Source: Sphaerodactylus townsendi
Lineage: Eukaryota
DNA length: 64,000 bases
NCBI RefSeq assembly: GCF_021028975.2
Contig: NC_059436.1
Coordinates: 31,372,001 to 31,436,000 of the forward strand
Direction: 5' to 3'
The position numbers were made by a program, and so were the translations under genes. Below are positions 47,979 through 60,110 of the stretch, one piece after another. Position 1 is the stretch's first letter. Every line of letters starts with the position of its first letter. The notes under the pieces were generated by a model. It was not told the origin of the DNA, did no database searches, and saw only the letters and a list, made by a program, of their open reading frames with translations.

Positions 47979-50877
47979 CTGTCCAAAAAAGAAGAGAAAA
48001 ACAAAAGGCTAAATTGGCAGTCACCCAGCGAGCAAAATCAGTTCTCAGCATGCTGAGGTAAGAATACAACAAAATTCCTGCTGGGTCAGACGAAAATCCA
48101 TCTAATTCACTATGCTGGTTTCTGCAGGGACCAACTACAGGCTTTAAGGAAGCCTGGGGGATGAATCCTCGCTGGCTCCTTACTCTTTATGAAAGCCCTC
48201 TTCCAATGCAGCCCTTTAGGCCAGTGGTCTCATACCCGTGGGTCAGGAGCCCCATGTGATAAGTTGTGGGACCCTTGTGGAGACACCATTTTAAATCCTT
48301 TTTGAAGGGTCATGTAATGTTGCTAGTACACATGCATTAAAAGCAATGGTTAAATGCCCCCATCTGTCTTTGCACAATGAAAGTAAAACAACAGAAACAC
48401 AACAGAAACACAAGTAAAAACAATACAAGATTTTTTAAATGTCCAGTCTAGATTTGGTAAAGTTGTTCCAAACTCCATTTTGAGTGCAAAAATTCTTTTC
48501 TTAAGTCCCTCCCCTTCACCTATCAAGTATGTGACATGAGGAACTGTTAAGTATAAGAAATGGGAAATGAGGAATGTTCCAGTGTGTGAAATGTTTACCA
48601 CTCTCAGCAATGCTCTGGAACTTCCCCCTTTTTCTTCTTGCATAAATGTTTACATTGCCAGGGACTTCCTTCCTTCTTGCCAGACCATCTCTTGGTATGA
48701 ACGGTCAACCATCCCTGTTTTTTTTTAACTTTGATGTGCTTGCCGTTCATAGCCGCTTAGTCTGAATGACCTTCCTGTGCCTTGTGACCAGCTGTCTTAA
48801 TTCTTTCTCTTATTTGCTAAAAAGGAATGCTGGCCAGTCAGCACAAAAAAAAAAAAGATTTCAATTTGCCTGGGTGTATCAATTTGGCTGTCTTATTTGT
48901 GTGGAAGGAGGCACTGAATTGAAATGCCCAGTGTTCCGGAGGGAGTCTCCTCAGCACACCTAAACTTCCTGCCTCTTTTAGCTGGAGAAGTCACATAGGT
49001 GAGGCTATCTTGGAAATAATCTAAGAAGAAAGCACTGTGCCTGCAAGTAAGCTTACAGTGCAATCCTAACCATGTATGGGCAAAAATACAGCCCAGTTAA
49101 TTCAATAGGACGTATTCCCTAGTAAGTGAGTTTAAGATTGCAGAATCCAACTGGGATTTATATTTGGCACAAATCACAGAAACGTTTTTATTTTTATACC
49201 TTTTGCCATTTGTTTAAATTTTTCTGCTTTCTACCCTTTTAAAAGAGCCATGTAAATCTCCTGGTTTTCCTTGTACAGTTTATTTTACTTTTGATTACAA
49301 GGATCTGTTTGCGCAATAGCACTTTGCCATCCTATATCGCTTTGTTTATGCCTACCAGGTTATTTGGCTCTTAAGATCTGGGTTTTTTCACTGTTTTATA
49401 TGACAGTTGAACATCCATCTTTGGAAGTCTTTAACATCTAAAGTGGTTAAAGGATGCCTTTGATCTGAAGTCGTGTCTTTTGTCCCTTATTTGACAAGCT
49501 TAACCATCAGAAACATGTGGAGGGTTTTTGAGGGTCGTTTTAAGGATCAGATGGGAAGGCCGGCTGAGGAGTTCAGTCAGAGAGCATCTGCTTCATATGA
49601 GGAAGATTCCGGGTTCAGTCCCCAGCATCACCAGTTAAAAGGATCAGGTGCTACAAGATGTGAGATCCTGGAGATCTACTGCCGGTCAGAGTAGACAGTA
49701 GTGACCTTCACAGACAAACTAGACCCATGTAAAGCAGCTTTATGTGTTCAACTGAATCTGAGCAGAAAAGAGTTCTCAGAGGAGAGCTGTCAACCTCCAG
49801 GTGGTGGCTGGGAATCTCCTGGAGTTAAAACTCGTCTCCAGGAAACACATATCCACAATATACCAGGAAGCATACCGGGAAACAGATCAGAATCTATTCA
49901 GTGGGAACAACTGCATAGGAGCGGATCATGACAGGTTTGGTGTTAGGTCTTCAGCCTCCACAGATGCTTCCTGAGCCAGCATTTCTTGCGGATGCCCCTG
50001 TTGGCTAGCATGCCACTTGTATCCCTCTCAGAAGACAAACAACTGGAGACGTAGCTCCAAGGGGGCTGGGGGTGCGCGATGCACCAGGCGCTCACCCCTG
50101 TGGGGGCGGGGCAAGGCGAGGGCATTTCAGGGCTGGGCAGAGGACACACCAGTGCACCAGACGCTTTCCCCCCTTGCTACACCTCTGCAAACAACCCAGT
50201 CATTATCAAGGGAGGACAAACTGGGAGAAACGCTGCTGCTAAGTGTAACACAAGGACAGAGGCTCATTCCGCATATGCAGAATAATGCACTTTCAAACTG
50301 CTTTCAATGCTCTTTGAAGCTGTGCGGAATGGCAAAATCCACTTGCAAACAGTTGTGAAAGTGGTTTGAAAACGCATTATTTTGCGTGTGCGGAAGGGGT
50401 CGAAGTTTTTGTTTTCCATTCCTGTCTCCAGGTATAATGTTTGGGCATGGCAAGAAGCAGAAGCCCTTGGCCACTCCTGGGCCTTGGCTGGCAGCTCCTT
50501 CCTAATCCCCTGTAGCCTTGGATAAGCTGGCCCACTGAATCCAGGCCTAGCTCCAAAATATAGCTAGGTTTTTTAAATTTAAATTGTACTCTTTTTAACA
50601 TATTTTAATTGTATTTTTGCTTTTGGTTCCTTTGAAGAGAACAAGTATGAAATTCATGTTCTAAGTAAGTATTATATATGCTCTGGAAATCTCTTCAATA
50701 TAGTTGTATGATATACTTGAGTTGTGTTTGAAAAGAGTCTAGAAACTCTGGTCTTTTTTGGTTTTCTGTACCTAAGGAATGTCTTAAGGCTTAGTATTTT
50801 TATTGTAGTTAAGGTGAATTGGCTAGTCACCATTTGAGACTTTTAAATTGTTATGTAATTTATGATTTTATTGCTCA

Positions 50878-51431
50878 CTAGCAGGGCCCGGCCACATGTT
50901 GCTGTGGCAATTGTCCTTCTCATCACAGTCCGCAACCCACACAGATGTCCATGCAGGTCCAATGATCCACAGCATAGTCTTTAGGGGTGGTCAAATGGAA
51001 TCCCTCTTTCCCTTTTCAATTCACATTGTTATATGGTGGTGTCTTGTTTTTTTAGTATAAGGTAACCCTTTCCATTCCACAATGGAACTGTCCAGAGTGC
51101 GAATCCCGGTGTCTATGAGGCTGGTTGACATGCATAGTCCTGGCTTGGGTAAGGCAGAACTGGGGCAAGGAGGCTATCCCAGTCAGGCAGCAGAGGCAGG
51201 GTGGTGAGGCACTCAGATCGAGGCCAGCTCCCTGGGTTCTTAAAGGGCCATGTGCAAAAGAAGCAGAGCCATTTTACCTGGCTCAGGTATGGACTTTTGG
51301 CAATTTGAAGGTCCGATTACCTGCCCGCAACAGGGAGGAACGTCATGTGAAAATTTGGGGGCGATCCATCCAGCCGTTTCGGCGTTAGGGCATGACTAAC
51401 AAAGTCACTGTTAGCTTTTTATATAGATAGA
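50878..51431 (-). mobile_element. Non-autonomous Helitron (554 bp)
   Basis: Minus strand begins A|TCTATCTATATAAAAAG and ends GCCACAgcaacaTGTGGC-cgggccctg-CTAG|T: 5' TC, subterminal hairpin, 3' CTAG, A|T target, no TSD. Confidence 0.88.
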
Positions 51432-51586
51432 TTATATGTTGGAAGCCTCCCTGAGCCCCTGAAGGGAAGGGCAGTGTACAAACTAAATAAAGAAATAAAT
51501 AAACTTCCACCACTCCAGACTTTTCAACTCCTGGTGAGAAAAAAGGTTGACACACTTGGCAACAAGGACAATGTCAAAAGACTTAC

Positions 51587-51696
51587 CAATTAGGCCAGCA
51601 TAGGAACCCAGGCATGCCTGATAATTGTCCCCAGGGCAGCTGGTAAGTGACTGGGAAGATGCTTGACAATTTGTGTGAAAATCTGCCAGTCGTGAC
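51587..51696 (-). CDS. GFRA2: GFRA2 coding exon (equivalent to human exon 5), start of Cys-rich domain 3
   Basis: 110 bp; acceptor ttctaaccag|G, donor ATTG|gtaagt. Encodes (R)SRLADFHTNCQASSQSLTSCPGDNYQACLGSYAGLI(G), matching the GFRA2 motif SRLADFHANC...CPADNYQACLGSYAGMIG. Confidence 0.97.
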
Positions 51697-51776
51697 CTGG
51701 TTAGAAAAGACAATGGAGAAAGCAAGATGTTTTTTTAAAAAAAATACTACTTGCCTTGAGAAATGGTAAGCCCATT

Positions 51777-51778
<2 letters not shown>

Positions 51779-51819
<41 letters not shown>
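51779..51819. repeat. (GA)n microsatellite, ~80 bp upstream of the GFRA2 exon acceptor at 51696
   Basis: About 20 GA units; reads (TC)n on the gene strand. Confidence 0.95.
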
Positions 51820-51823
<4 letters not shown>

Positions 51824-52789
51824 AGCTCAGTTCTTACTGAGCTAAGGGCAGTCAAAGGTTGAAACTGCAATTTCACAATTTACTTAATGCTGCCCTTTGT
51901 TGCTCTCAGATTTCTGAGCCTTGTGCCCTGAGCAAGAGCAAGCAGAGAGGTCTTGCCACAGGAAGCACTCAGGATGAGTCGCCCACCTAGGTGTGATGTG
52001 TATCACACTGGGAAGCAGATTTATAGAGCAGGGCTGAAACTGTTCGCACTTTTCAAAAAATATGTTCAGCCCTGCTGAAAAACCACTTCCTTTTCAAAAA
52101 ATGTTTTCCAGCGCACCTGGTGAAGAGGTTTGCTTGCTCGTCAACATTGCCCTCACTTGCCCTCATTCTCAATTGCCCTCCCTCACTTTCACTGACAGCA
52201 TCTTATAGGTAGAGCTGGGGAAGGAAGGCATCACTCATCCAGACAGGAGGAATCAGACACAGCAAGAAGGCAAAAAAAAAATGGTTGAACAAGACTGAAA
52301 ATAAAATTCAAAATCAAAGTGACATTCAAGCAAAAAATCGAAATTATCGACATTGCTAGTTTTAACCTGAAACCACCCTGGAAGAATATTTGGCACATCA
52401 GAGCAGTGAGGGCTGGTCTCTTTACAGAATGAGTGCATGCATGTCTCCCAGCTGCTCCCTGCCACACCTCACATTCAGTAAGACTTGCATTAACTGCAAA
52501 GTGAGAGCACGTAAGGATTTACCCATTTCACTGATCGATAAAACAATCTTCTGGAAACAGCAACTTTGCCAAGAAGGGCAGAATAAACCTGGGCCAAGTT
52601 CTAATCATTTCACTATTTGCTGAATGTATTTATTTAGTACATTTTTAACCCCACAATTTCTCCACGGAGGTCAGGATGGCATACCATCCTCCACTTTGCT
52701 CTCACAACAACCTTGAGGGTAGGTTAGGCTGAGAGATGGGCCCAAGACTGAGTTTCACAATTAGATGGGGAACGAATCTGGGTTTTGAG

Positions 52790-53232
52790 CAACGAACTCT
52801 AATCTGCAGAAACGGATTTGATTCCCCACTCCTCCTCCACATTGGCAGCGGACTTTAATTTGGGTAAATGGGTTCCCCCACCCACCCACCCTTCTACATA
52901 TGAAGCCTGCTCGATGACCTTGGGCTAGTCGCAGTTCACATAGAACTCTCTCAGCTCATTCCACACATGCAGAATAACACACTTTCAAACTGCTTTCATT
53001 GAGGCTGTGCGGAATGGCAAAATGGCAAAAAAGTGCTCATTGAAGCTGTGCGGAATGGCAAAATCCACTTGCAAACAGTTGTGAAAGTGGTTTGAAAATG
53101 CATTATTTTGCGTGTGCGGAAGGGGCCAAGATGTCTGATGTGGGGAGAGGAAGGGAAGATGATTGAAAGCAACTTTGAGACTCCTTAAGGGCAGATAAAA
53201 GTGGGGTATAAAAACCAACTCTTCTTCTTCAA
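52790..53232 (+). mobile_element. Squam3-like SINE interrupted by a Harbinger MITE (52953-53127)
   Basis: Head gaactctaatctg...tttgattcccc; tail ggggtataaaaaccaactcttcttcttc. Confidence 0.8.
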
Positions 53233-53268
53233 CCACTATACCCAGTTTCTTATCATATTCACTAGAAT

Positions 53269-53414
53269 CAGTGGTGGCAAACCTTTGGCACTCCAGATGT
53301 TATGGACTACAATTCCCATCAGCCCCTTCCGGCATGGCCAATTGGCCATGTTGGAAGGGGCTGATGGGAATTGTAGTCCATAACATCTGGAGTGCCAAAG
53401 GTTCGCCACCACGG
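53269..53414. mobile_element. Palindromic hAT MITE
   Basis: TIRs cagtggtggcaaacctttggc and gccaaaggttcgccaccacgg; flanks cactagaat and cactagat. Confidence 0.85.
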
Positions 53415-54002
53415 CACTAGATTGTGTGAGCTGAACCCCCATCACTGCTGACTCACAGCAGTTCCCAGGAGAAGGTTTCTTGACAAATCAGTAAGAATTA
53501 GGAAAGCAAGTCTGGTTTGTGCTTGGTAATTTAAATGGAACATTTATTTCATCCGCGTAAGGAACTGCCTACAGATGCTCTGTGTTTTGTTTTGTTTTTT
53601 CGACACCGAGAGATATCCTTATTTATTTCCAAAGAGATACATCTCCTTGGATTTCCACATGTTATTTTGTTCACTTGTTAATCGTCACTTGTCTGTAGTG
53701 ATAAATGACAATGCCACTAGCTGAAAGTCACCAGAATGGATCAAAAATATAGGGTGGGAATTGTGTTCTGCAAAGCAAGTGGCAGCTTCCCCTGGTGAGA
53801 ACTCCACATCAACATTCACAGTTCAGAGGAGAGTGTGTGAGTGGAACAGATTTGCTTACACAGGCAACAGGACTCCATTTGTCGCCAAACTGCGGCTGTT
53901 TCTGGGATGAAAAAAATCTAGCAGTGCATGGTACGTATCTGCAGATACTGTACCACAATTGCTGATACAGTCATGGCAGCATTGAAGAGGTCAGAGAGTG
54001 CT

Positions 54003-54843
54003 CATAAGAACATAAGAACATAAGAACAAGCCAGCTGGATCAGACCAGAGTCCATCTAGTCCAGCACTCTGCTACTCGCAGTGGCCCACCAGGTGCCTTT
54101 GGGAGTTCACATGTAGGATGTGAAAGCAATGGCCTTCTGCGGCTGTTGCTCCCGAGCACCTGGACTGTTAAGGCATTTGCAATCTCAGATCAAAGAGGAT
54201 CAAGATTGGTAGCCATAAATTGACTTCTCCTCCATAAATCTGTCCAAGCCCCTTTTAAAGCTATCCAGGTTAGTGGCCATCACCACCTCCTGTGGCAGCA
54301 TATTCCAAACACCAATCACACGTTGCGTGAAGAAGTGTTTCCTTTTATTAGTTCTAATTCTTCCCCCCAGCATTTTCAATGAACGCCCCTGGTTCTAGTA
54401 TTGTGAGAAAGAGAGAAAAATGTCTCTCTGTCAACATTTTCTACCCCATGCATAATTTTATAGACTTCAATCATATCCCCCCTCAGACGTCTCCTCTCCA
54501 AACTAAAGAGTCCCAAACGCTGCAGCCTTTCCTCATAAGGAAGGTGCTCCAGTCCCTCAATCATCCTCGTTGCCCTTCTCTGCACTTTTTCTATCTCTTC
54601 AATATCCTTTTTGAGATGTGGTGACCAGAACTGAACACAGTACTCCAAGTGTGGTCGCACCACGGCTTTATATAAGGGCATGACAATCTTTGCAGTTTTA
54701 TTCTCAATTCCTTTCCTGATTATCCCCAGCATAGAGTTTGCCTTTTTCACAGCTGCCACGCATTGAGTTGACATTCCCATGGAACTATCAACTAAGATGC
54801 CCAAATCCCTTTCCTGGTCTGTGACTGATAGCACTGACCCCTG
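54003..54843 (-). mobile_element. Young 5'-truncated CR1 LINE (ORF2 C-terminus plus 3'UTR)
   Basis: 152-aa open frame containing ERDLGILVD...VRPHLEYCVQFWSP...LERRRLRGDMIEVYK...TRG; (TTCTTATG)n tail. A 3'UTR-only copy lies at 62202-62355. Confidence 0.95.
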
Positions 54844-54999
54844 CAGCCACTGACCCCTGCTCCACTGCTGACAAGGAACAGAAGAGGCTGAGAAATGAGC
54901 ATTTTTATTCAGAGCCAGCTTGGTGCAAAGGTAACAATAGGGTATGTTGACCTGTTGTTTTCAGTCCTTTGTACCTCTGAGGAAAGCCTTGTGGCCCAA

Positions 55000-55272
55000 A
55001 TGTGTGGGTTTGCTGTGGGTTTGCCGGGCTGTGTGGCTGAACTCTGGTATATCTTGTTCCTAATGTTTCACCTGCATCTGTGGCTGGCATCTTCAAAGGT
55101 GTATCACAGAGAGAAGTCTGGGTCTTAGACTTCTCTCTGTGATATACCTCTGAATTTGCCAGCCACAGATGCAGGTGAAACATTAGGAACAAGATCTACG
55201 CCAGACCACGGCCACGCAGCCCGGAAAACCCACAACGAACAGTTGAATCCGGCCGTGAAAGCCTTCGACAAA
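55000..55272. mobile_element. Penelope-like inverted pLTR pair
   Basis: Palindrome centred at ~55123 (gtatcacagagagaagtct-gggtctt-agacttctctctgtgatat). Right arm ends ccggccgtgaaagccttcgac. Confidence 0.8.
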
Positions 55273-56274
55273 ATGTGTTTGGTTTCAATTAAAATCCTCT
55301 TACTATGTTGATGCATTAAATTTTTAGATTATTTATCAAATGTAACCTGTTGGTATCCATTCTATCATCAGGCCTGTGGTCAATCTCTATATTCGATTAC
55401 CACCATATGCTACCCTCTTAGAGGGGAGTCCGGCCGTTCCCTTTCCTTAGGGAGGCCTCTAATTAAATTGGGTCTTGGGGCGCCTGATATCTCTGTACTG
55501 ACCGCTGCTTTTAATAGATTTTAATAGATGTTATTGGTTTAATAACTTTACTGATTGTAATGAATATTGTTGTGCACCGCCCAGACCCCCCCGGGGATGG
55601 GGCGGTCTACAAATACAAGAAATAACTAAAATAAATAAATAAATAAACCTTCCTGGTTACCAGCTTCTTCAGGGGTTGCTGCAAGGTTCCTAGCTGCATG
55701 ATACCATATCACTCTTTACATGACAGTTCATCTGTTCTGTCTTTGCAGACAGCGTGGGGAGACACTGGTGTCAGAGGAGAAGCTCTGAGTCTTGCGACTG
55801 GAACTAATTTGGCTGCTACAGAGAAAATCTTTCAAAAAGGAGGAAAAACAAATTTCTGCCTCCACCCAGCCGTCGTTTCCCCCATCCCTATTTCCCAGCA
55901 GGCTGCGAATACTGGCAGTTCTCGGGAGACGAGGAGATGCATATTTCAGACAAACCCCCTAGTCTAGATTCACAGCCAGATTCCAAATGGAGAAAACAGG
56001 CTGGTTCCAATCTAGTGTTCTTTGTTGCTTCTTTTTTTTCCCACTCGACCTGCACATCGTAATGTCACGTTTGAATGAATATCCCAGCTCCTTTCCAAAC
56101 TCCTTCCAAAGCTCCTGAAAATGTTCTACCAGACCTAACTAGAGGTTCAGATTGTCCAGCAGACAAAGATTTGAGAAGATAAAGCACAAGCATATTGTTT
56201 CAACTGTAAGGGCCCTGAAAAGCAGGGATGCCACAGATGCCATTTTTACTGGCTTGCAACCCATGTAAACAGTT

Positions 56275-56575
56275 TCAGCACTGGTGTAATAATTAAGAGC
56301 AGGTGTACTCTAATCTGGAGGAACCGGGTTTGATTCCCTGCTCTGCCACTTGAGCTGTGGAGACTTATCTGGGGAATTCAGATTAGCCTGTGCACTCCAA
56401 CACACCTTGGGTGACCTTGGGCTAATCATAGTTCTTCTGAGCTCTCTCAGCCCCACCTACGTCACGGGGAGTTTGTTGCGAGGGGGAAGGGAAAGGAGAT
56501 TGTAAATCCCTTTGAGTCTCCTTGCAGGGAAGAAAGGGGAGATATAAATCCAACTCTTCTTCTTTTTCTTCTCTA
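56275..56575 (+). mobile_element. Squam3-like SINE
   Basis: Same family as 6815-7124. Confidence 0.85.
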
Positions 56576-59500
56576 TAAACCCAGCCAGGATCATCCAATC
56601 GGATAAAGAAGCTATTCTCTTCACTCCCATTTTTAGTGCAAAAATGTTCTGCTGGATCACAGCTGGAGTATCCTAGTATGCCCCAGTACAAAGAATCAGA
56701 CAAGGCTACTGTACAGTCATCCCACTAATGGCCAGGCATACTTCAAGTGGCTCACAAGTGGTATGGAAGGCAAAGTTTCCTTCTTACCAACCTTGGTCAA
56801 GCCTTCTTTGTTACCCTGAGCACATATCTTTCTCCATTATCTGCCAGATGGGGAAAGGTTTGGTGTCAAAACAGAAAGAGACAATCCAAGTGGTTGTAAT
56901 CTCACAAATGTGCATGTTCAGACCAAAATGTGCATGTTCAGGTGGCTAGTCCAGCATCCCTTTTCCAATAGCGGCTAGCCCCAAACCTCTAGAAAGTCAA
57001 CGGGGAGGACAGAAAAGCAAAGCACAGAGAATGTGCAGGGAAGGCTGCCAAAGGAGAGGGGAAGTCAGGACAGACGCTGGTGTGAAAGCTGTTAAACCTC
57101 GTCACATCAGCAGCAAACATTTGCAGTGGCAGTTTCTAGAAAGGGATCATGAATGCCAGCTTGCATCACGCTGATGGGTCTGCTGAGCCCTCTGGTTATC
57201 TTGCCGCAAGTTCTGGACATCAGCTCCGGGTGTGAACAATGACAAAAGGCCTTGACTAGGACTGGAGAGAATGAAACGCAGCTTCGGTAATCTCTGCTGA
57301 CTGCATTTCACAGGGATGCTGCCATCAGGTAAAGCACGGAGATTAGGAGACATGGCTTTGCAAGTCTGCTCTTCACACCATTAATAGCCTTGGGGACTCC
57401 TCGCTTCCCAATATGCATCCCCTTAACTTCGCCTGAGATATTAAAATATTCATCAAGGCCGAAACTACATAATACATTTTTTTCCCCATGAGTTGGGTTT
57501 GGGATTTGCCCAACCTGGCTCACACCCCTGCAGCTACACAGCAATTTCAAGGAATTTATTTCCCTAAGCACTGTGCAGTCTGGTTCAGACAGTCACTGCA
57601 GTACTGCAGAGATATGGGGCTTCATCTATCCCTTCCGTGCACCACTTTCTCCATTTAAAATGCCCCCCCCCCCGGAGCATTATTTCCCCATTGGCAGGGC
57701 TGCACACGTCACATCCAGACCCAGCTAATGGAGAAGCCTGGCCCAGATCATGCAAAGACACAATGTGTTGTTCAGGCCTGAATTAAGTGAGGGCACCTAT
57801 TTGTTTTGGGTTTTTTTCTGGGGTAGGGAAATAGAGGGAGCTGTAAGGTCAGCTTTAACCATACACACCCCCAAACCCCAACAAAAGCATGGTCAGAAAT
57901 GCTGCCCAAGCCCATGTAACGGATGCAAGGAAAGAGCCAAAAAGGAGCCGGAGATCAGATAATACCATGAGCCTTCTTCACTGGGTTCTCGAGATCCCTG
58001 AGATATAATTAGTGAAACGTTTTAAGCACCCATTAGAACAAGACTAAGATTTATGATAATTCAATCATGAGGCTTAGCTGGATTTTTTATTTTTTATTTT
58101 TTTGTTTGCCAAGCTTTCGACAGCATCCAGGCAAGTAGGCTGAATTATCACTTATTTGCTTAAAACCAGAATCCATCATAAACTAAAGGACGCCTGGAAT
58201 AAACCACACTCCAGATGGAACGAGGTCTCCTCTTGTATCAGTTCTAATGGAATAAAAGAAAAGATCAATGCAAGACATTAATTCAATTTCGTCAACAGGC
58301 AGGTGGAGAAATGCTGGGATTCTGCTGCCTACCCCGTCCCATGATCTGAGTCAGATTGCCTTGAAGAAGTGCGGGAAGTTCATTGCCAACCCTGATGGAA
58401 ATTTGTCACTGCGGTCCCTCGGGTCCTGCTCCTGGCTTGTAGCATCCTCCAAGGCAAATGTTATTCTTTTCATAATACATGACAAGCCAGCTGGTAATCT
58501 TTTCATAATATTCAAGCCAGATGTCGCTCTTTCCATTAGATACGAATAAATCCACAGTGATTGGACGAGGTTTTAACTGCCAGAAATAAACCTTACTGGA
58601 ACTGTCCCAAAGCTTCTCAGGTTTCTGTCTTTCTAAGTGCCTCAGTCGAGAGCGCCTTGGCCAAACTGCCATTCACAGCTCCGGGGACAGGTGGTCCTGT
58701 CCAGCCGACAAGCTGAAACCAGACCTGGCAAAGAATCTGGAAAATGGGAGGGAGGGAAATGACCAGCTTGGCTGTGCTATTTTCTTGAAATGCTTTGAGG
58801 AAAAGTATAAATAATAGATGAAAATCACAATCCTGTTCCCCAAACCCATTGCAAGGGCTCCATTTCCAAATGAAACCCCCTAGTCACTCCTCTGATGAAG
58901 AGTCCATCAAATAAACTTGCATTCCTTCTGGAGAAATATATAGCTGAGCTTGGGATTCTTGGCTTGGGATTCTTTGATTATGTTTCTTGGCAAATGGATG
59001 GTATGGAATGCTCAGAGAAGCCAGGTTCCCCCTTCACCTGTGAACAGTGGCAAGACAGGGCCGTTTTCAAGAGCTATTAAATACAGTCAGTAAGTATTCA
59101 TCGTGTAATGCCAGACAAGGTCTGGCACAGAAGAATGCAAAACTGGCCTTCACAAATAGTAGAAAGAACTTAGTAACGTTATCTGAAAATACAACAGTAT
59201 AGCTACCCCAGAAGGAGCTGAGTGGAGGAAATTTGGAAATAAATAAACTGAAATTGAAACATGAAACTGCCTTCTGCTGAATCAGACTCTAAGTCCATCA
59301 AAGACAGTATTGTTTACTCACTGGCACCAGTTTTCCAGGGTCTCAGGTCTTTCCCATAATATTCTATTGGATCCTTTCAACTGGGGAGGCTGGCGCCTGA
59401 ACCTGGGACCAAGCAGAGACTCTATCACTGAACCATGACCTGTTTAGTACCTATTTATCACCTGACAACCATGATGGGGTGAGGCAGTTTGTACAGTGGT

Positions 59501-59869
59501 CATAGACAGGGCCAGATCTACATTTTTTGAAGGGGGGCAAAGATTCAAAATGATGTCCCCATCTACTATATACATTTTTATATCGATGTATATAATCAAC
59601 AATACTTTCAAATGGCAGAACAAATTATGTTGACCTCCATGAACTATTAATGAAAAGTTACACTTTTATATTATTTTATCTAGTTAACATGTTTGCACCT
59701 CAACCTCTCTGCACACGTACAAACCCAACACAAGGAGACGGTTTTTCAGCCTAGCCTTTTTAAAAAATACAGCACACCTAATGTTGACATGGGAAACACC
59801 AAATACACCTCATGCTCTTTCATAGCCTGATAAAGCACAGCCCCCAAAAAACTTTATCTGGTAATTATG

Positions 59870-60110
59870 CTGCTAGAAGCTAAAATGACTAAACTGAAGC
59901 GACTGTAGCTTAATCGACTGTAGCTTAAGACGATAATGCTAAGAAACATTGAAGACTGTGGGAAAAGAGGAAGACCTGCCATGGCAGGGAATAACTCAAC
60001 AGAGGAAGTCAGAGCCCTCAGTTGGCATGACCTGGTTAAGGCTGTTAAAGGAGGACATTTGGGAGGCCATTGATTCATATGTCAGAAGCAACATGATGGC
60101 ACATAAGGCA
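59870..60110 (+). mobile_element. RTE-clade LINE 3' fragment, degraded
   Basis: ctagaagctaaaatgactaaactgaag ... gaaaagaggaagacctgcc resembles the RTE/Bov-B ORF end. Confidence 0.6.
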
